Assembly: GCA_950097015.1 (NCBI GenBank)
Contig: CATNEN010000025.1
Location: forward strand, 7,068,001-7,132,000
From: Macrostomum hystrix
Taxonomy: Eukaryota; Animalia; Platyhelminthes
Length of the DNA: 64,000 nucleotides
Reading direction: 5' to 3'
Both the position numbers and the translations under genes were made by a program. Below the pieces are notes generated by a model. That model was given only the letters and a program-made list of their open reading frames with translations. It had not been told where the DNA came from and made no database searches. Below are positions 42,414-54,600 of this stretch, in pieces. The first letter of the stretch is position 1; every line of letters starts with the position of its first letter.

Positions 42414-45410
42414 ATGAAAGGCCGCCTCCGCCAGTCTGCTGGCAACACTGATCTGCCGACCCCCGCCCAGTCGGCTCCGCCGGGTGGCGCCGGGGACCGT
42501 GAGGCCCACCAACATCGGGCCCCAGCCTTTACAAACCGCGCTCTAAGGCTAGCAACCTTTAACTGCCGAACGCTAAAGTCTGCCTGGAGAAGTGGCATGC
42601 TCGCAAAGCTGGCATCTGACCTGCGGCTGGACCTCGTCATGCTGCAGGAGGTGTCAATCACTGCTGAGTCTGGCCTACACCGTGAGGATCTGGGGAGCGG
42701 CTGGACGCTGCACTACACATCAGCGGACAGCAGAGGCCGTGGAGGAGTCGGCGTGCTTGTCGGACCACGGCTACGCGAGAGCATCTGCTGCGTCAGCCTG
42801 TCAGCCCGACTGCTGCGCGTGGACGTGAGACTACGTCGCCGCAATGTGCGGCTTTTCTGTGCGTACGCTCCCACAGCTGCCCATCAGCAGGAGGCGCAGG
42901 AATTCTTCGAGTTCCTGTCGGAGCAGCTCGAGATGGTGGCGCATCGCGACACTGTGGTGATGCTTGGTGATCTCAACGCCGTAGCGCCGCGGTCCCAGCG
43001 CTGCCCGTTTGTGTCGCCACGCCAGAACGCCAACACCGCCGCGCTTGCGGACCTGATGGCGAGGCTCGACCTGGTGTCAGCCAACACGCGCTTCCGCAAA
43101 CCGCCCAACCGGCTGGCGACCTTCGCCGGCTGCAAGCGAAGGAGGCGGAACGCGCGAGGCCGATTCGCTACGACCCGCTTGGCGCAGCTCGACCACGTGC
43201 TGATTCGCCATCGCGAACGCAGCCGGCTGCAGAACTGCGACACAATGGAACCCCTGGCTGTCCGGTCCGACCATCGCCTGCTCTACTGCGACCTGAGGCT
43301 CTCTGATCCGCTGTACCGACCACCAAAACGCCCTAGAAGAAGGTACTTCCGCGCCTTGCAAGACCCAGGCACCCGCAGCAGGTTTGCGTACGCCTTCGCG
43401 ACCGCCCTGGGATCAGCGCAGGCGCCGGACTACAGCACAATTAGCTCAGCCATCGCCACTGCCGCTGCCAAGACTCTGCCGCTTATGGAACCCGCGTCAC
43501 GGCAACTTCCAGTTTGGGCGAGCGACCCGGAGGTACGTGAGGCCCGCCGCACTGTCGAGCAGCTGCGGCGAGCCAGGCGACCGACATCCGATGCCGAGAA
43601 AGCCCTGGCAGACGCCTACGCAAGTCGACAGAAAGCCGCTGTTGACGACGCGATCCGGGCTGTCACCTCTGTCGGGCCTGAACGGCAGAACAGGGTCGTC
43701 TGGCCCGTTGTGAACGCCCTCACCGGTCGCAAAACGAAAGCGGCGCTCAACCTGGCTGGCGATACTGCCGAGGAGCGCAGAAACGAGCTGCGCACCTTCT
43801 TCGCCGCCATTGTCAACGCGCCGCCGCCGACTCTGCCGAACGAGATGCCGCTGCCCCCCGAGGTGGCGCTACCGCGGCAGGAGGACTTCGACACCAGTCC
43901 AGTGACCAGCACCGACATCGTGGAATTCGCCCGCAGGGCACCGGGAGGCCGCGCCCCCGGTCCGGATGAGGTCCCCGTAGAGGCACTGCGAGTCACAAGG
44001 GTTGCCACCGAGGTGGCCCGCGTGATGAACGGCGTCCTGGCGGGAGGCCCTGCGCCCCGCGAGTGGACCCAGGCCACCATCGTCGGCATCCCGAAGAAGC
44101 CGGGCACTACAAAGAAGGAGGAGCATCGCGGGATCTCGCTCATGTCCTGTGCCGCGAAGCTGTTCAACCGGGTGCTGTTAGCACGGTTACAGCCTGTGCT
44201 GGACTCGTTTCTGCGGTACGAGCAGAATGGGTTCCGGCCCCGTCGCGGCACGGTGACTCAGATCATGGCCCTCCGTCGCATCATCGAGGAGGCGCGCATC
44301 CACCAGTCAAGCCTTGTCGTCATCTTTGTTGACTTTCTCAAAGCTTTCGACTCGGTGGCCCGCGGCGCGCTGCCTCACGTGCTCCGTGCCTACAACATAC
44401 CGCAGCAGCTGATCTCCGCCATCATGGCACTGTATCAGGACACCACCGCTGTGGTAGCGACGCCAGACGGACCGTCGGACCTGTTCAGCACTACCTCCGG
44501 AGTGCTGCAGGGTGACACCCTGGCGCCTTTTCTTTTCGTGCTGGTGATGGACTGGGTGCTCAGGACCGGCCTGCCGACTGCAGAGGACGGTTTTCTGCTT
44601 CAAAGACGCACTAGTCGACGGCACCCGGAGAAGAAGTTGTCTGTCCTCGGCTACGCGGACGACCTTGCCCTGCTGTCTACGACGGCCGAAGGCGCCCAAC
44701 GGCTGCTGGATGGCCTGACTGCGGCGGCGGCGAGGGTCGGCCTCGCTATCAACGCCATGAAGACCGAGGTGCTGACGGTGCCGCAAAACCTACCTGCCGA
44801 GATTCGACTAAGAGACGGTGACGGCCCCGGGACCGTGCTCCCGAAGTGCCGTCAGTTCGTCTACCTCGGCGGACTGGTGCCTGACGTGGGCGACGACCTG
44901 GCGAGACGACGCGGCAAGGCCTGGGCCGCCTACCGTTCTGTGCGGGCGGTGCTACTCTCCGAGGCCCTGTCGAACGGCGCCAGGTCCCAGCTGTTCCAGG
45001 CAGTTGTCGAGACCGCCCTCTTGTACAATGCTGAGACCTGGACGATGACCGGGGCGCTCGAGGCGCAGCTCGACGCGGCGCATGCGGCCCTAGTTCGCGC
45101 CGCTTTCGGCGCCCGCCGCGGCCCTGGCAGCGAGACAACCGAGTCCCTGTACCAGCGTGCGCGCCTAACGCGGCCTTCTGTCCTGCTGAGTCAGCGGCGA
45201 CTGCGGCTGGCCGGGCATGTCATCCGCGCCGAAGCCTACTGCCCAGAGCCGCTGCAGGATGTCCTGCTGTGGACCTCGCAGGGACCGCGCAGGCGCGGCC
45301 AGGGACGTACAGCCCGCTATATTGACCGCCTTTTTGAAGACGCCCGAGCACCCAGCCAGGCGGCAGGTGTGAAGCACGTCAGAGACCTGGCACTGAAACG
45401 CGCGTTTTGA
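42414..45410 (+). CDS. APE endonuclease - reverse transcriptase polyprotein of the LINE
   Basis: The open frame runs 42243-45410; the likely start is MKGRL at 42414. APE motifs LATFNCRTL, LQEV, GVGVLV, YAPT, GDLNA, LDHVL, SDH. RT motifs APGPD, QNGFRP, DFLKAFDSV, GVLQGDTLAP, YADD, YLG. C-terminal LRLAGHVIR...GPRRRGQGR. No RNase H seen. Confidence 0.93.
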   Translation: MKGRLRQSAGNTDLPTPAQSAPPGGAGDREAHQHRAPAFTNRALRLATFNCRTLKSAWRSGMLAKLASDLRLDLVMLQEVSITAESGLHREDLGSGWTLHYTSADSRGRGGVGVLVGPRLRESICCVSLSARLLRVDVRLRRRNVRLFCAYAPTAAHQQEAQEFFEFLSEQLEMVAHRDTVVMLGDLNAVAPRSQRCPFVSPRQNANTAALADLMARLDLVSANTRFRKPPNRLATFAGCKRRRRNARGRFATTRLAQLDHVLIRHRERSRLQNCDTMEPLAVRSDHRLLYCDLRLSDPLYRPPKRPRRRYFRALQDPGTRSRFAYAFATALGSAQAPDYSTISSAIATAAAKTLPLMEPASRQLPVWASDPEVREARRTVEQLRRARRPTSDAEKALADAYASRQKAAVDDAIRAVTSVGPERQNRVVWPVVNALTGRKTKAALNLAGDTAEERRNELRTFFAAIVNAPPPTLPNEMPLPPEVALPRQEDFDTSPVTSTDIVEFARRAPGGRAPGPDEVPVEALRVTRVATEVARVMNGVLAGGPAPREWTQATIVGIPKKPGTTKKEEHRGISLMSCAAKLFNRVLLARLQPVLDSFLRYEQNGFRPRRGTVTQIMALRRIIEEARIHQSSLVVIFVDFLKAFDSVARGALPHVLRAYNIPQQLISAIMALYQDTTAVVATPDGPSDLFSTTSGVLQGDTLAPFLFVLVMDWVLRTGLPTAEDGFLLQRRTSRRHPEKKLSVLGYADDLALLSTTAEGAQRLLDGLTAAAARVGLAINAMKTEVLTVPQNLPAEIRLRDGDGPGTVLPKCRQFVYLGGLVPDVGDDLARRRGKAWAAYRSVRAVLLSEALSNGARSQLFQAVVETALLYNAETWTMTGALEAQLDAAHAALVRAAFGARRGPGSETTESLYQRARLTRPSVLLSQRRLRLAGHVIRAEAYCPEPLQDVLLWTSQGPRRRGQGRTARYIDRLFEDARAPSQAAGVKHVRDLALKRAF

Positions 45411-46999
45411 CGCTCCCCCCTCTTGGCCACTTCTGTGGTCGGCGTGGAGTGTAACTATTATTATTATTATTATTATAATTATTATTCACATAAATTTTTA
45501 TCTCCAGTAAAGCAAAAGCTTGTTAAGACTATTTTAAAAAATAAACAAAAAATAAACTTCTAGAATAGGGAACCTTATCAAATAATTAATTTGCTAAACT
45601 GGTAAGCTGTATTTAAGTTTTAGTAATATTGTTTTTTGTAATTATATACGTACCTCAGAATATAACTAAACTATATTTCATAAGAAGTATCTGGATTTTA
45701 CTTAGCAAGCAAGAAATATTGATTGGAATTTGAAATTCAAATATTGAAACACATATAGCATTTCATGAAATTATAATTTAGTATTATTTTTTGAATAAAT
45801 AAAAATTTTTGAGGGAATAATAATTTTAATATCAAAATCTACCCACTTTCACTCATTATAAAAATTAAAGTGGAAGCCAATAGTTATTATGGACATTGAG
45901 AAAAAACAGTGAGTCAGCTTTTATTGGGCCTAAAGTTCTACATTAGGAACAAAATATATTTATATATCTTTAAATGATGCTAGTTGTGAAAATATATATT
46001 GTTTAAGGAACAATAGTTCCCTAGTACCCTTGAATTTCTTCCTTTAGAGTTGGACTTCACTATTTAAAAAACTATTTCAAATAATAATGGCATTAAAAAT
46101 GACTACCTAATGTTATTGTATGCCTTTTCTAAACAGTTGATATAAGAAAAATGACATTTGTCTGAAATTAAAAGGTATTTAGTTTAGTTCAAAGATTAAG
46201 ATATTGTTAACTACTACTAGCCAGTAGCAAATTGACATTCAATTTTGTATTAATAATCTTTAAGACTAAAAAGGCTCCTTAATGTCATATTATTTCCGAT
46301 TGATATTGAAATGTACTATATTTTAACTTCTGTGGAGAACGCAATTATTACAGCAATATTTTTTATGAATCATATCATTGTAAATTAGTATATATCCATT
46401 TATCCTTTCCAAGCATAAACAATTTCGTTAAAAGTTGTTTAATACAGCTTCCTGGAAAAGTTATCGCGAATAAATAATTTTGAATTTGTAGTAAAAGTTA
46501 GAAGACTATATTAAACAAAATTCTTGTGGATTTAAAGATTCTTAAAAAACACAAAAACATAATTTGTCAAAAAATATAGTAAAAATTTTAAAGTCCTTGC
46601 GAAAATTATATTGTAGGCTGTGACATTAACAGTTTTTACGTCTATTTGTGTTATTCGTCTGCTCCGTATTCTAAATGTGTATATATAAAGCGCACTTAAT
46701 TATTTGTTTCTTCGGAGTAACATTTAACAGCTGAGTGACAGAAGAAATACATACAGAGTTAATTGTGTCTTGCTAAAGGGCGACACAAATGGTCCCCCCT
46801 CCACTAGTTCTATATTATTATAATCGACTTAAGTTGGCCTACTTTTATATATGGACTTACAAGGTTACAATAGCCCTTCACCAATTAAAATGACTTTATA
46901 TCTGATTAGGTCGCTCCAGTCTATATTTATTGTTACGTAAACACTCAATATAATTCATGTTACTTTTGAATACAAGTTATTAAAAAGTAAACACCTGCA

Positions 47000-47150
47000 A
47001 TGCGACAGATACAGTTGCAGCTATTGTGCAGCGCATCCTTAAAAGGCTGAATATTGTTTTTTTCAGCCGGTGAACATGGGCTGTCAAACCACTCATTTTT
47101 CCCAAGCTGATGCGGGTGCCCATTTTAAAGCTCGGTGAGCTGAAGCTGAA
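47000..47150 (-). mobile_element. Degenerate SINE family B fragment
   Basis: CAGTTGCAGCTATTGTGCAGCGCATCC...AAGGCTG and GGGTGCCCATTTTAAAGCTCGGTGAGCTGAAGC resemble the 3' region and CORE-like region of the 40.7 kb copy. Confidence 0.5.
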
Positions 47151-48574
47151 CGCAAAATTTCATTTTACGTATTTAAATCCGACGCAGAGTCGTAGAAGCT
47201 GAAAATAAGCGTACGCTCGTATATACGAGCGTATTACTTTTCGTTTTTTTGATAGCGTGTAGCGTGATGATACACAAAAAAACAAAAAAATGTTAACGAT
47301 TATTAATGAATTGTCAAAAAAGCATTAAGGTGTGTTTATTTTTAATAAGTTAAACTAACTCTTTATGTCTGTGCATTGAAGAGCTATATATAGAATTGGC
47401 GTTAAGGTCAATTAAGCCACTGCAGAAATATTACATGCGTCTGATGGAACTGGAAACATATGCATGTTTTGTTATAAGCTCGCAGTTATCAATGCGAGAA
47501 TAAAAGGTGCCGAAATGACTGGCTTATCAAAATACTCTCTCAAATAGTACTCGATCATCTTTAAGATGCATATTTTTTCTTCATCCTTTCCTTTGACACG
47601 CGATACTATTGTAAGTTGAAGCTAACAAATATCTCAAAGGTAATAGTGCCCTCATTCCACTGCTAGCCAACAGTCGGCTGCAGATCATGCAGATTAAGCG
47701 ACTGTTGGAATCGTTGCTAATTAAGGAGGCCGCCACTCGTGAAATGATATGTTTCACTTGATAACGCCATGCTTAAATAAATGCTAATTATGTCTATTGG
47801 TCTAGATAATCCTTTTGGCTGATTTAGTCAAGATATGAATGCCTTTTGATGTGAAATTTTCATTGGTCATGAAAACTGCTCATGGACTCCGTTTGTAGGC
47901 AATACTGTCTTGTTTCCACTAGTTTTACTGGGTCGGTGCCACGTATACCTATTATTAATTTAGATGATCAGTATCTTATTAGAAGTTGATCTTCTGGTGA
48001 GTAGAATCACCACTTGTCAAGACACAAGACTCATGCCAAATCAGAATTGCTGCATAGTGGAGAAAATTGCGGCAAATATGAACTCGAAAACTATTGCCTT
48101 TTTATCCAGGTAAAATTTGATCGAAGGAAACTAGGTGATCGTCTAAATAGCTACTCAAGCTGCATGCTCAGTTCAGAGTTTCGTGTTGCACCTTACTCAT
48201 ATAATGCTAGAGCAAACTACCACACCTATAGTAAACACAATCTTTTCCAATGCTTATAAGACAATATTTGCTGAACGAACCAAAAATCCGGCGTCGCAAG
48301 GGAATGAGGGAATTAGTGTTTAACCGTGCTGAAGCTGAAGTGGCAGTTTTTACCGAACTGGAAAGTCTTCAGTCAGGGACTACGAAATTGATCTTCTCAA
48401 ACATCTTCTCTATCAACAAGAAGGCCAAGAAGGAGAACAAAAATTGTCTACATTTCATCGTCAACTCTGATTTTTCGAAATTCGGTGCAAATCTTCACAA
48501 CTTTAACATTTACTAAACGCTTTGCGACCCAATTTCTGATGGCCATCGAGAGGCACTGTGTAGAAACTAGCAAT

Positions 48575-49123
48575 GCAACCTACAGCAGTCTCCTGCACCA
48601 AAGGCAGTGCAACCTACAGCAGTCTCCTATACCAAAGGCAGTGCAACCTACAGCAGTCTCCTGCACCAAAGGCAGTGCAACCTACAGCAGTCTCCTGCAC
48701 CAAAGGCAGTGCAACCTACAGCAGTCTCCTATACCAAAGGCAGTGCAACCTACAGCAGTCTCCTATACCAAAGGCAGTGCAACCTACAGCAGTCTCCTGC
48801 ACCAAACGCAGTGCAACCTACAGCAGTCTCCTATACCAAAGGCAGTGCAACCTACAGCAGTCTCCTATACCAAACGCAGTGCAACCTACAGCAGTCTCCT
48901 GCACCAAACGCAGTGCAACCTACAGCAGTCTCCTATACCAAAGGCAGTGCAACCTACAGCAGTCTCCTGCACCAAAGGCAGTGCAACCTACAGCAGTCTC
49001 CTATACCAAACGCAGTGCAACCTACAGCAGTCTCCTGCACCAAAGGCAGTGCAACCTACAGCAGTCTCCTATACCAAACGCAGTGCAACCTACAGCAGTC
49101 TCCTGCACCAAAGGCAGTGCAAG
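48575..49123. repeat. Minisatellite, 34-bp unit (GCAGTGCAACCTACAGCAGTCTCCTGCACCAAAG)
   Basis: Tandem copies; the 34-aa periodicity seen in all three plus frames confirms a unit that is not a multiple of 3. Confidence 0.93.
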
Positions 49124-50956
49124 CTGAATCAATTCACCGGAATATCGCCCGAGAAACCCAAAAAAAATTTCTTGTGCAGGCAGTTAAAACCAGCCTGCTT
49201 AAGTCGTACATGGCCAAGCTGTTTGAATTGTACCAAAGTCAACATGCGTTTTTGGTTCGTCTCGAAGCGAGCACCTTCTATTTAAAATTCTTTCTTCTAT
49301 TCATGGTTGCAAGCTGTCAAGAAAATTTGGCACCGAAATTGCAACATTTCTGAGCGTTTGACGAAGGTGTTTGACGAATCGAGAAAGGTACGAATTTATT
49401 TATTTAGCAGGTGAAAAGAATATATTAGAAGTATACCGTGCTAGACATTCAAATAAGTACTTTTCTGACTGTCTAGAACTGTTTATTAATAATTAGTTGG
49501 CGACTTTCTAAACGGCACGAAGAGAGTTTTACACGTACGACGACCCGTTATCGCATACAGAGATGATAGCAACAGAACTCGGATGATAAAAAACTTTTTT
49601 AAGGTTTGAACTTTAAGTGTTTTATGCTGCTCTGCAACAGTCTGGCAAGGCAGCCTTTATGGTGCTTTGTGCAGCGCATGTTTAACTCACTTTTTCAATT
49701 AAGGCATATAGACTATTTGAGCAAAACTGGAATGAATTTTGTCAGAACTTTTTTTGGCTTCTCAATCGACTCCTGCCACTTTCGAATGACACAATCGAGC
49801 CATGAAATTGTGTTATCGACAGAGCTCTCTCGGAGGGATGAGTATCTGAAGTCGCTCATTGAAGTGAGATTAACTACTGCGGATACAGCCCTGGGCACAC
49901 TGTCTGGCTGTCTGTCACTGCGAGCAGTCAGTGCACGGGGGACAATGCTTCAGTCTCCAACTGCAGCAGCACTTCAATTGGCCTCTCTATCGCATTAGCA
50001 AAATAATCAAGATGCACATGTACTGAAATTGTAACTCTTCCACTGCCGCTGCAAGGGGAGTCGAGAGATCTGGGCAGACTCCATTGGCATTCCGAGCGTC
50101 AACCAGAGAACCAATGGACTCGTTTTAATCAAGGGAATTCGTTTTTTAAGCCCCACTACAACTGCGCCACTCGGATCTTTTTTTCCGCCAGCGACAAGAG
50201 AATCGGCCCCTCATCGTGTTCGCGTGAGGCCACACAGAAGGCGGTTTTATTGAACTCTTTCAATAATGAAAGTAAAGATTTCCCAGCCTACCTCCACAAT
50301 CCCATCAGTTCCCATTTAGCCCGGATGTGCCCATGAGCTCACGAAAGTCTGGCGCTCAAGTCTCAAACTCGACTCACCGCCGCTACAGCCTGTCAGTTCA
50401 GCAACTGGAGGCATTTTTTCAATTTGATTCCGTTTTGGATCCAGCAAGGTCCTACACGCCATGTCAAACGTCATTTAATGGAGTGCTTCTTAAACAAAAG
50501 TACAATTTATTTGAGCCCTCAATCAACCTGGCGCAGATATTAACAGGTTCTTCGATGTAGACAAAATTTCAGGTTGAATTAAAAACCGATGCGGCGGCAA
50601 GATCAGAGGAAGCTGATAAGAGAGAGCTTGGAACAGACAATTAATTACAGGGCTAGAGGGCTCGCTGATTATCTAAGGACACTGGAACTAGTCATCTGAG
50701 AACTTTCTTTACCGAGACTGAATTTCAATCACCTGAGCGCATCTTCATCGAGTATCGGGCTCATATTAGTGTATGCCCGGTAATTAACTCTTGACATGAT
50801 CTGAGGGGAATGACCGGTGCGAGTCGAAGCTGACGACTTCGTACGTCAAATGAGGAATATCACCCACGCACACTGATACGTACGGAGGCAGACACGGAGG
50901 CAGTCAAAGTTTTTCGCCCTTAACGATGAACAAACTTTCAAAGCCGTCCGACATCA

Positions 50957-51221
50957 GCATCGTCGAGATATTCAGCGATTCCTGTCGAAGACCCTGGTGA
51001 CAAGAGCGACAAACATTGCTCTGCAGCTCTGCATAAGCCTCTATGACGAATCGTATTGGTTCAATAATAAAATAATTAACAATTAAATCAATTCAAAATA
51101 GTGAAAATTGATAGTCGAAATGGTTACATCCTAAAATTTTGTGAGCAAAAACTAATGTCTATACTGGTGGTTTTTGCCACCAGATACCCCGACAAGAGTC
51201 ATTGAATATCTCGACGACGCC
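50957..51221. mobile_element. MITE with ~45-50-bp imperfect TIRs
   Basis: GCATCGTCGAGATATTCAGCGATTCCTGTCG...CTGGTGACAA pairs with TTGCCACCAGATACCCCGACAAGAGTCATTGAATATCTCGACGACGC. No clear TSD. Confidence 0.65.
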
Positions 51222-51612
51222 GGATATTTGTGATTCTGGAAGTTGTTTAATCGGATAGAGCGGATAGGTTTAGCCCTGGAGATTTGGGAGATGCAGAACA
51301 AAAGGAGAATGTGGGTATTTTAAATGCCCCTGTGCTCTTTCTACTGTGAAATGATTGCGCGTAGAGACAACTTTTGTAATTCGATTGTAGATTTTTAACT
51401 CCGGCAGATTTATTTATGTCTTCAAACTTTGAACACATTATTAAAAATTTCTGGCCGCATTGAGGGCTAGTTTCATTGTCAATAGCTTTCTAAGAAAGCG
51501 ACTCAAAGCATCGATGTGTTAGCAATCATAATTGAGCTGAGTAAGCGGCAGGTTATAGTCCTAGTTCACTGCTCCTAACCAGACGTCGTTCGGCCCAGAC
51601 TGGAGTTGGACA

Positions 51613-54600
51613 TCAGCGGAAGCGCTTCCGCATCATGGCGCTGTAGTACTGGTTGAACAGGCTCTCCATGCTGTCCCCGTTCTCGCCGACGCACTCGCCG
51701 CAGCGTCTGCCGCCACGCTGGCGACGCTTCTCCAGCCCGGCACTGACGGATCGTCGGCGACGCTGGACAACGCAGCAGGTGGCCGCCGGACAGTCGGCGT
51801 CCGTCTGGCAGACGCCTTCGCCGTCGTTGTCCCCGGCCAGGCGCATGCTGGCCCGCCGGGATGTGCAGCGGCCGTACGGGGAGCCTGAAGGAAACGAGAG
51901 GCGAGACTTACCTGCTTGGCTTCGCATTCTGTAATCTAGATTCGCATTCTAAAACTGAAAATTCGACGAGAGTAATGACATTCTGAATTCTGAATTCGGA
52001 CTTTAAAAGGGTTTTTAAGGGACTGCAAAAAGGATTTTAGGATCTGGGAGGGTCTTTGGGATCTAGGAGGATTTTAGGGATCTGGGAGGGAGCTTAAGAT
52101 CTGGGAGAATGTTTGTTATCTGAGAGAATGTTTGGGATCTGAGAGAATGTTTGGGATCTGAGAGAATGTTTGGGGTCTGGGAGAATGTTTGGGATCTGGG
52201 AGAGTATTTGGGATCTGGGAGAATGTTTGGGATCTGGGAGAGTGTTTGGGATCTGGGAGAATGTTTGGGATCTGAGAGAATGTTTGGGATCTGAGAGAAT
52301 GTTTGGGATCTGGAAGAATGTTTGGGATCTGAGAGAATGTTTGGGATCTGGGAGAATGTTTGGGATCTGGGAGGGAGCTTAAGATCTGGGAGAATGTTTG
52401 GGATCTGGGAGAATGTTTGGGATCTGGGAGGGAGCTTAAGATCTGGGAGAATGTTTGGGATCTGAGAGAATGTTTGGGATCTGGGAGAATGTTTGGGATC
52501 TGGGAGAATGTTTGGGATCTGGGAGAATGTTTGGTATCTGAGAGAATTTTTGGGATCTGGGAGAATGTTTGGGATCTGGGAGAATGTTTGGGATCTGAGA
52601 GAATGTTTGGGATCTGGGAGAATGTTTGGGATCTGGGAGAATGTTTGGGATCTGGGAGAATGTTTGGGATCTGAGAGAATGTTTGGGATCTGAGAGAATG
52701 TTTGGGATCTGGGAGAATGTTTGGGATCTGGGAGAATGTTTGGGATCTGGGAGAATGTTTGGGATCTGGGAGAATGTTTGGGATCTGGGAGAATGTTTGG
52801 GATCTGGGAGAGTGTTTGGGATCTGGGAGAATGTTTGGGATCTGGGAGAATGTTTGGGATCTGGGAGAATGTTTGGGGTCTGGGAGAATGTTTGGGATCT
52901 GGGAGAATGTTTGGGATCTGGGAGAATGTTTGGGATCTGGGAGAATGTTTGGGATCTGAGAGAATGTTTGGGATCTGAGAGAATGTTTGGGATCTGGGAG
53001 AATGTTTGGGATCTTGGGTGTTCGTATAACTGCTTAGGACTCTTTACGACCCTCTGATACTTCATAACCATAGCTTTTATGCAATGTGACTTTACCTACA
53101 TGGAATTTAGGATGCAGGTCAGATACGCAATGGCACTGTCAAGAATTAGGATGGCTATGTGGAACAGTTTCTGTCCTCTGTCGAAAATTGAATTATCATG
53201 CACGCTGCGCAAGGAGCGAAAATTTGAGCTGAAGTACAAACACATTTTTAAGTCCAAAAATGCTGACTCAAGGCATTTAGCTTTTTGGAAAGAATAGTAT
53301 TTTTTAGGTTAAGGTCTGAGTATTTTTATCAACAAATCAGACTGTCCAGACTTGCTTAATACTCGTATTTTCCTATTTGTTGACAGCTTGTCAACACAGC
53401 ATCACATAAGTCGTCATTTTTTTTCAAAACGCTTTAAAGAGTTTAAACTTAAAGCAGCCTGTCAGTTGCTACCTTTAAAAGCCAGCTGGGTGCTATCTAG
53501 TCGAGGGTTAATAGTACAGGCAAAGGGAAGGTATACTCTTCGAGACTCATCGTGGCCTGCACGAACCTGTCAGCTTTGCTAATTATAGTAGACACTAGCT
53601 CAGGGATTTTCGAGACAGTCAGAAGGCTGGGGAATTGTCGGATTACTAAGATTCGCATCGTTACGCCTGGTGTGGCGGGGTAGATATTCCAAAATGGTTA
53701 TGGGGCAATCCCCATTCAATAGGATATCTTTTCTTTCTAAGCGGATTTCGAGAATGACAATCTGGTTCAATGAATTCAGGTGGTAAATTATCGATGGTTA
53801 GATTAGCTGACTTACTTACCCTTCATCCTGCTTCTCAGTCAGTTGGAATCTCTGTGATGCCTATCCATGTGACAGACTGTGATGCTCTCAGCCTCACCTC
53901 ACTCCCTGCCCCACCTCACTCCCTGCCCCACCTCACTCCCTGCCCCACCTCACTCCCTGCCCCACCTCACTCCCTGCTCCACCTCACTCCCTGCCCCACC
54001 TCACTCCCTGCTCCACCTCACTCCATGCCCCACCTCACTCCCTGCTCCACCTCACTCCATGCCCCACCTCACTCCCTGCTCCACCTCACTCCATGCCCCA
54101 CCTCACTCCCTGCCCCACCTCACTCCCTGTCGCCTCAAATCGCTGCCTGTGTGATAGCGCAGAGCATTTCATCTAGCACATTTGTATGTGATAGTCATGC
54201 GACTCACTTAGCGTGACTCGTTCGCAGCTGAAATCTTCACAACAGGCGCCCTGGGTAAAGCAGACACCGCCCTCGACCTCGCACTGCGGGAAAATAAGGA
54301 ATTCATCTTGTGTTTAGCAATGGGTAACAGGGTAAAAATTATATCATTGATGAATGTAGTCTCATTGTTCATACTTAAACAGTTAGACTCAAAGTGAATG
54401 GTTTTTACTACAAAGCAATTAATTCGCAAAGCTCACAATACAACATAGCAAAAAGCAAAGCGATTCTCACAGAGCCGACAGCGCAAAACGCGACAATCAA
54501 GACAATCAAGCGATTATCTAGTGTTTTATACACGCAAGCAAATTTTGTCAGTCCTTACAAGCAGCGAAGAGAATCTTACGGTGGCTTTACCGCCGCCGGA

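Larger units (their letters stand above)
42043..45479 (+). mobile_element. Apparently intact RTE-clade non-LTR retrotransposon
   Basis: 12-bp TSD TATTATTCACAT at 42031-42042 and 45480-45491; single long ORF; short 3' UTR and (ATT)n tail at ~45456-45479. RTE clade is inferred from the single-ORF APE-RT layout, short 3' UTR and C-terminal motif. Confidence 0.9.

Noticed and set aside
47212-47233. Perfect 22-bp palindrome as a Helitron 3' hairpin
   Set aside because: No CTRR terminus at the expected distance and no other Helitron evidence.
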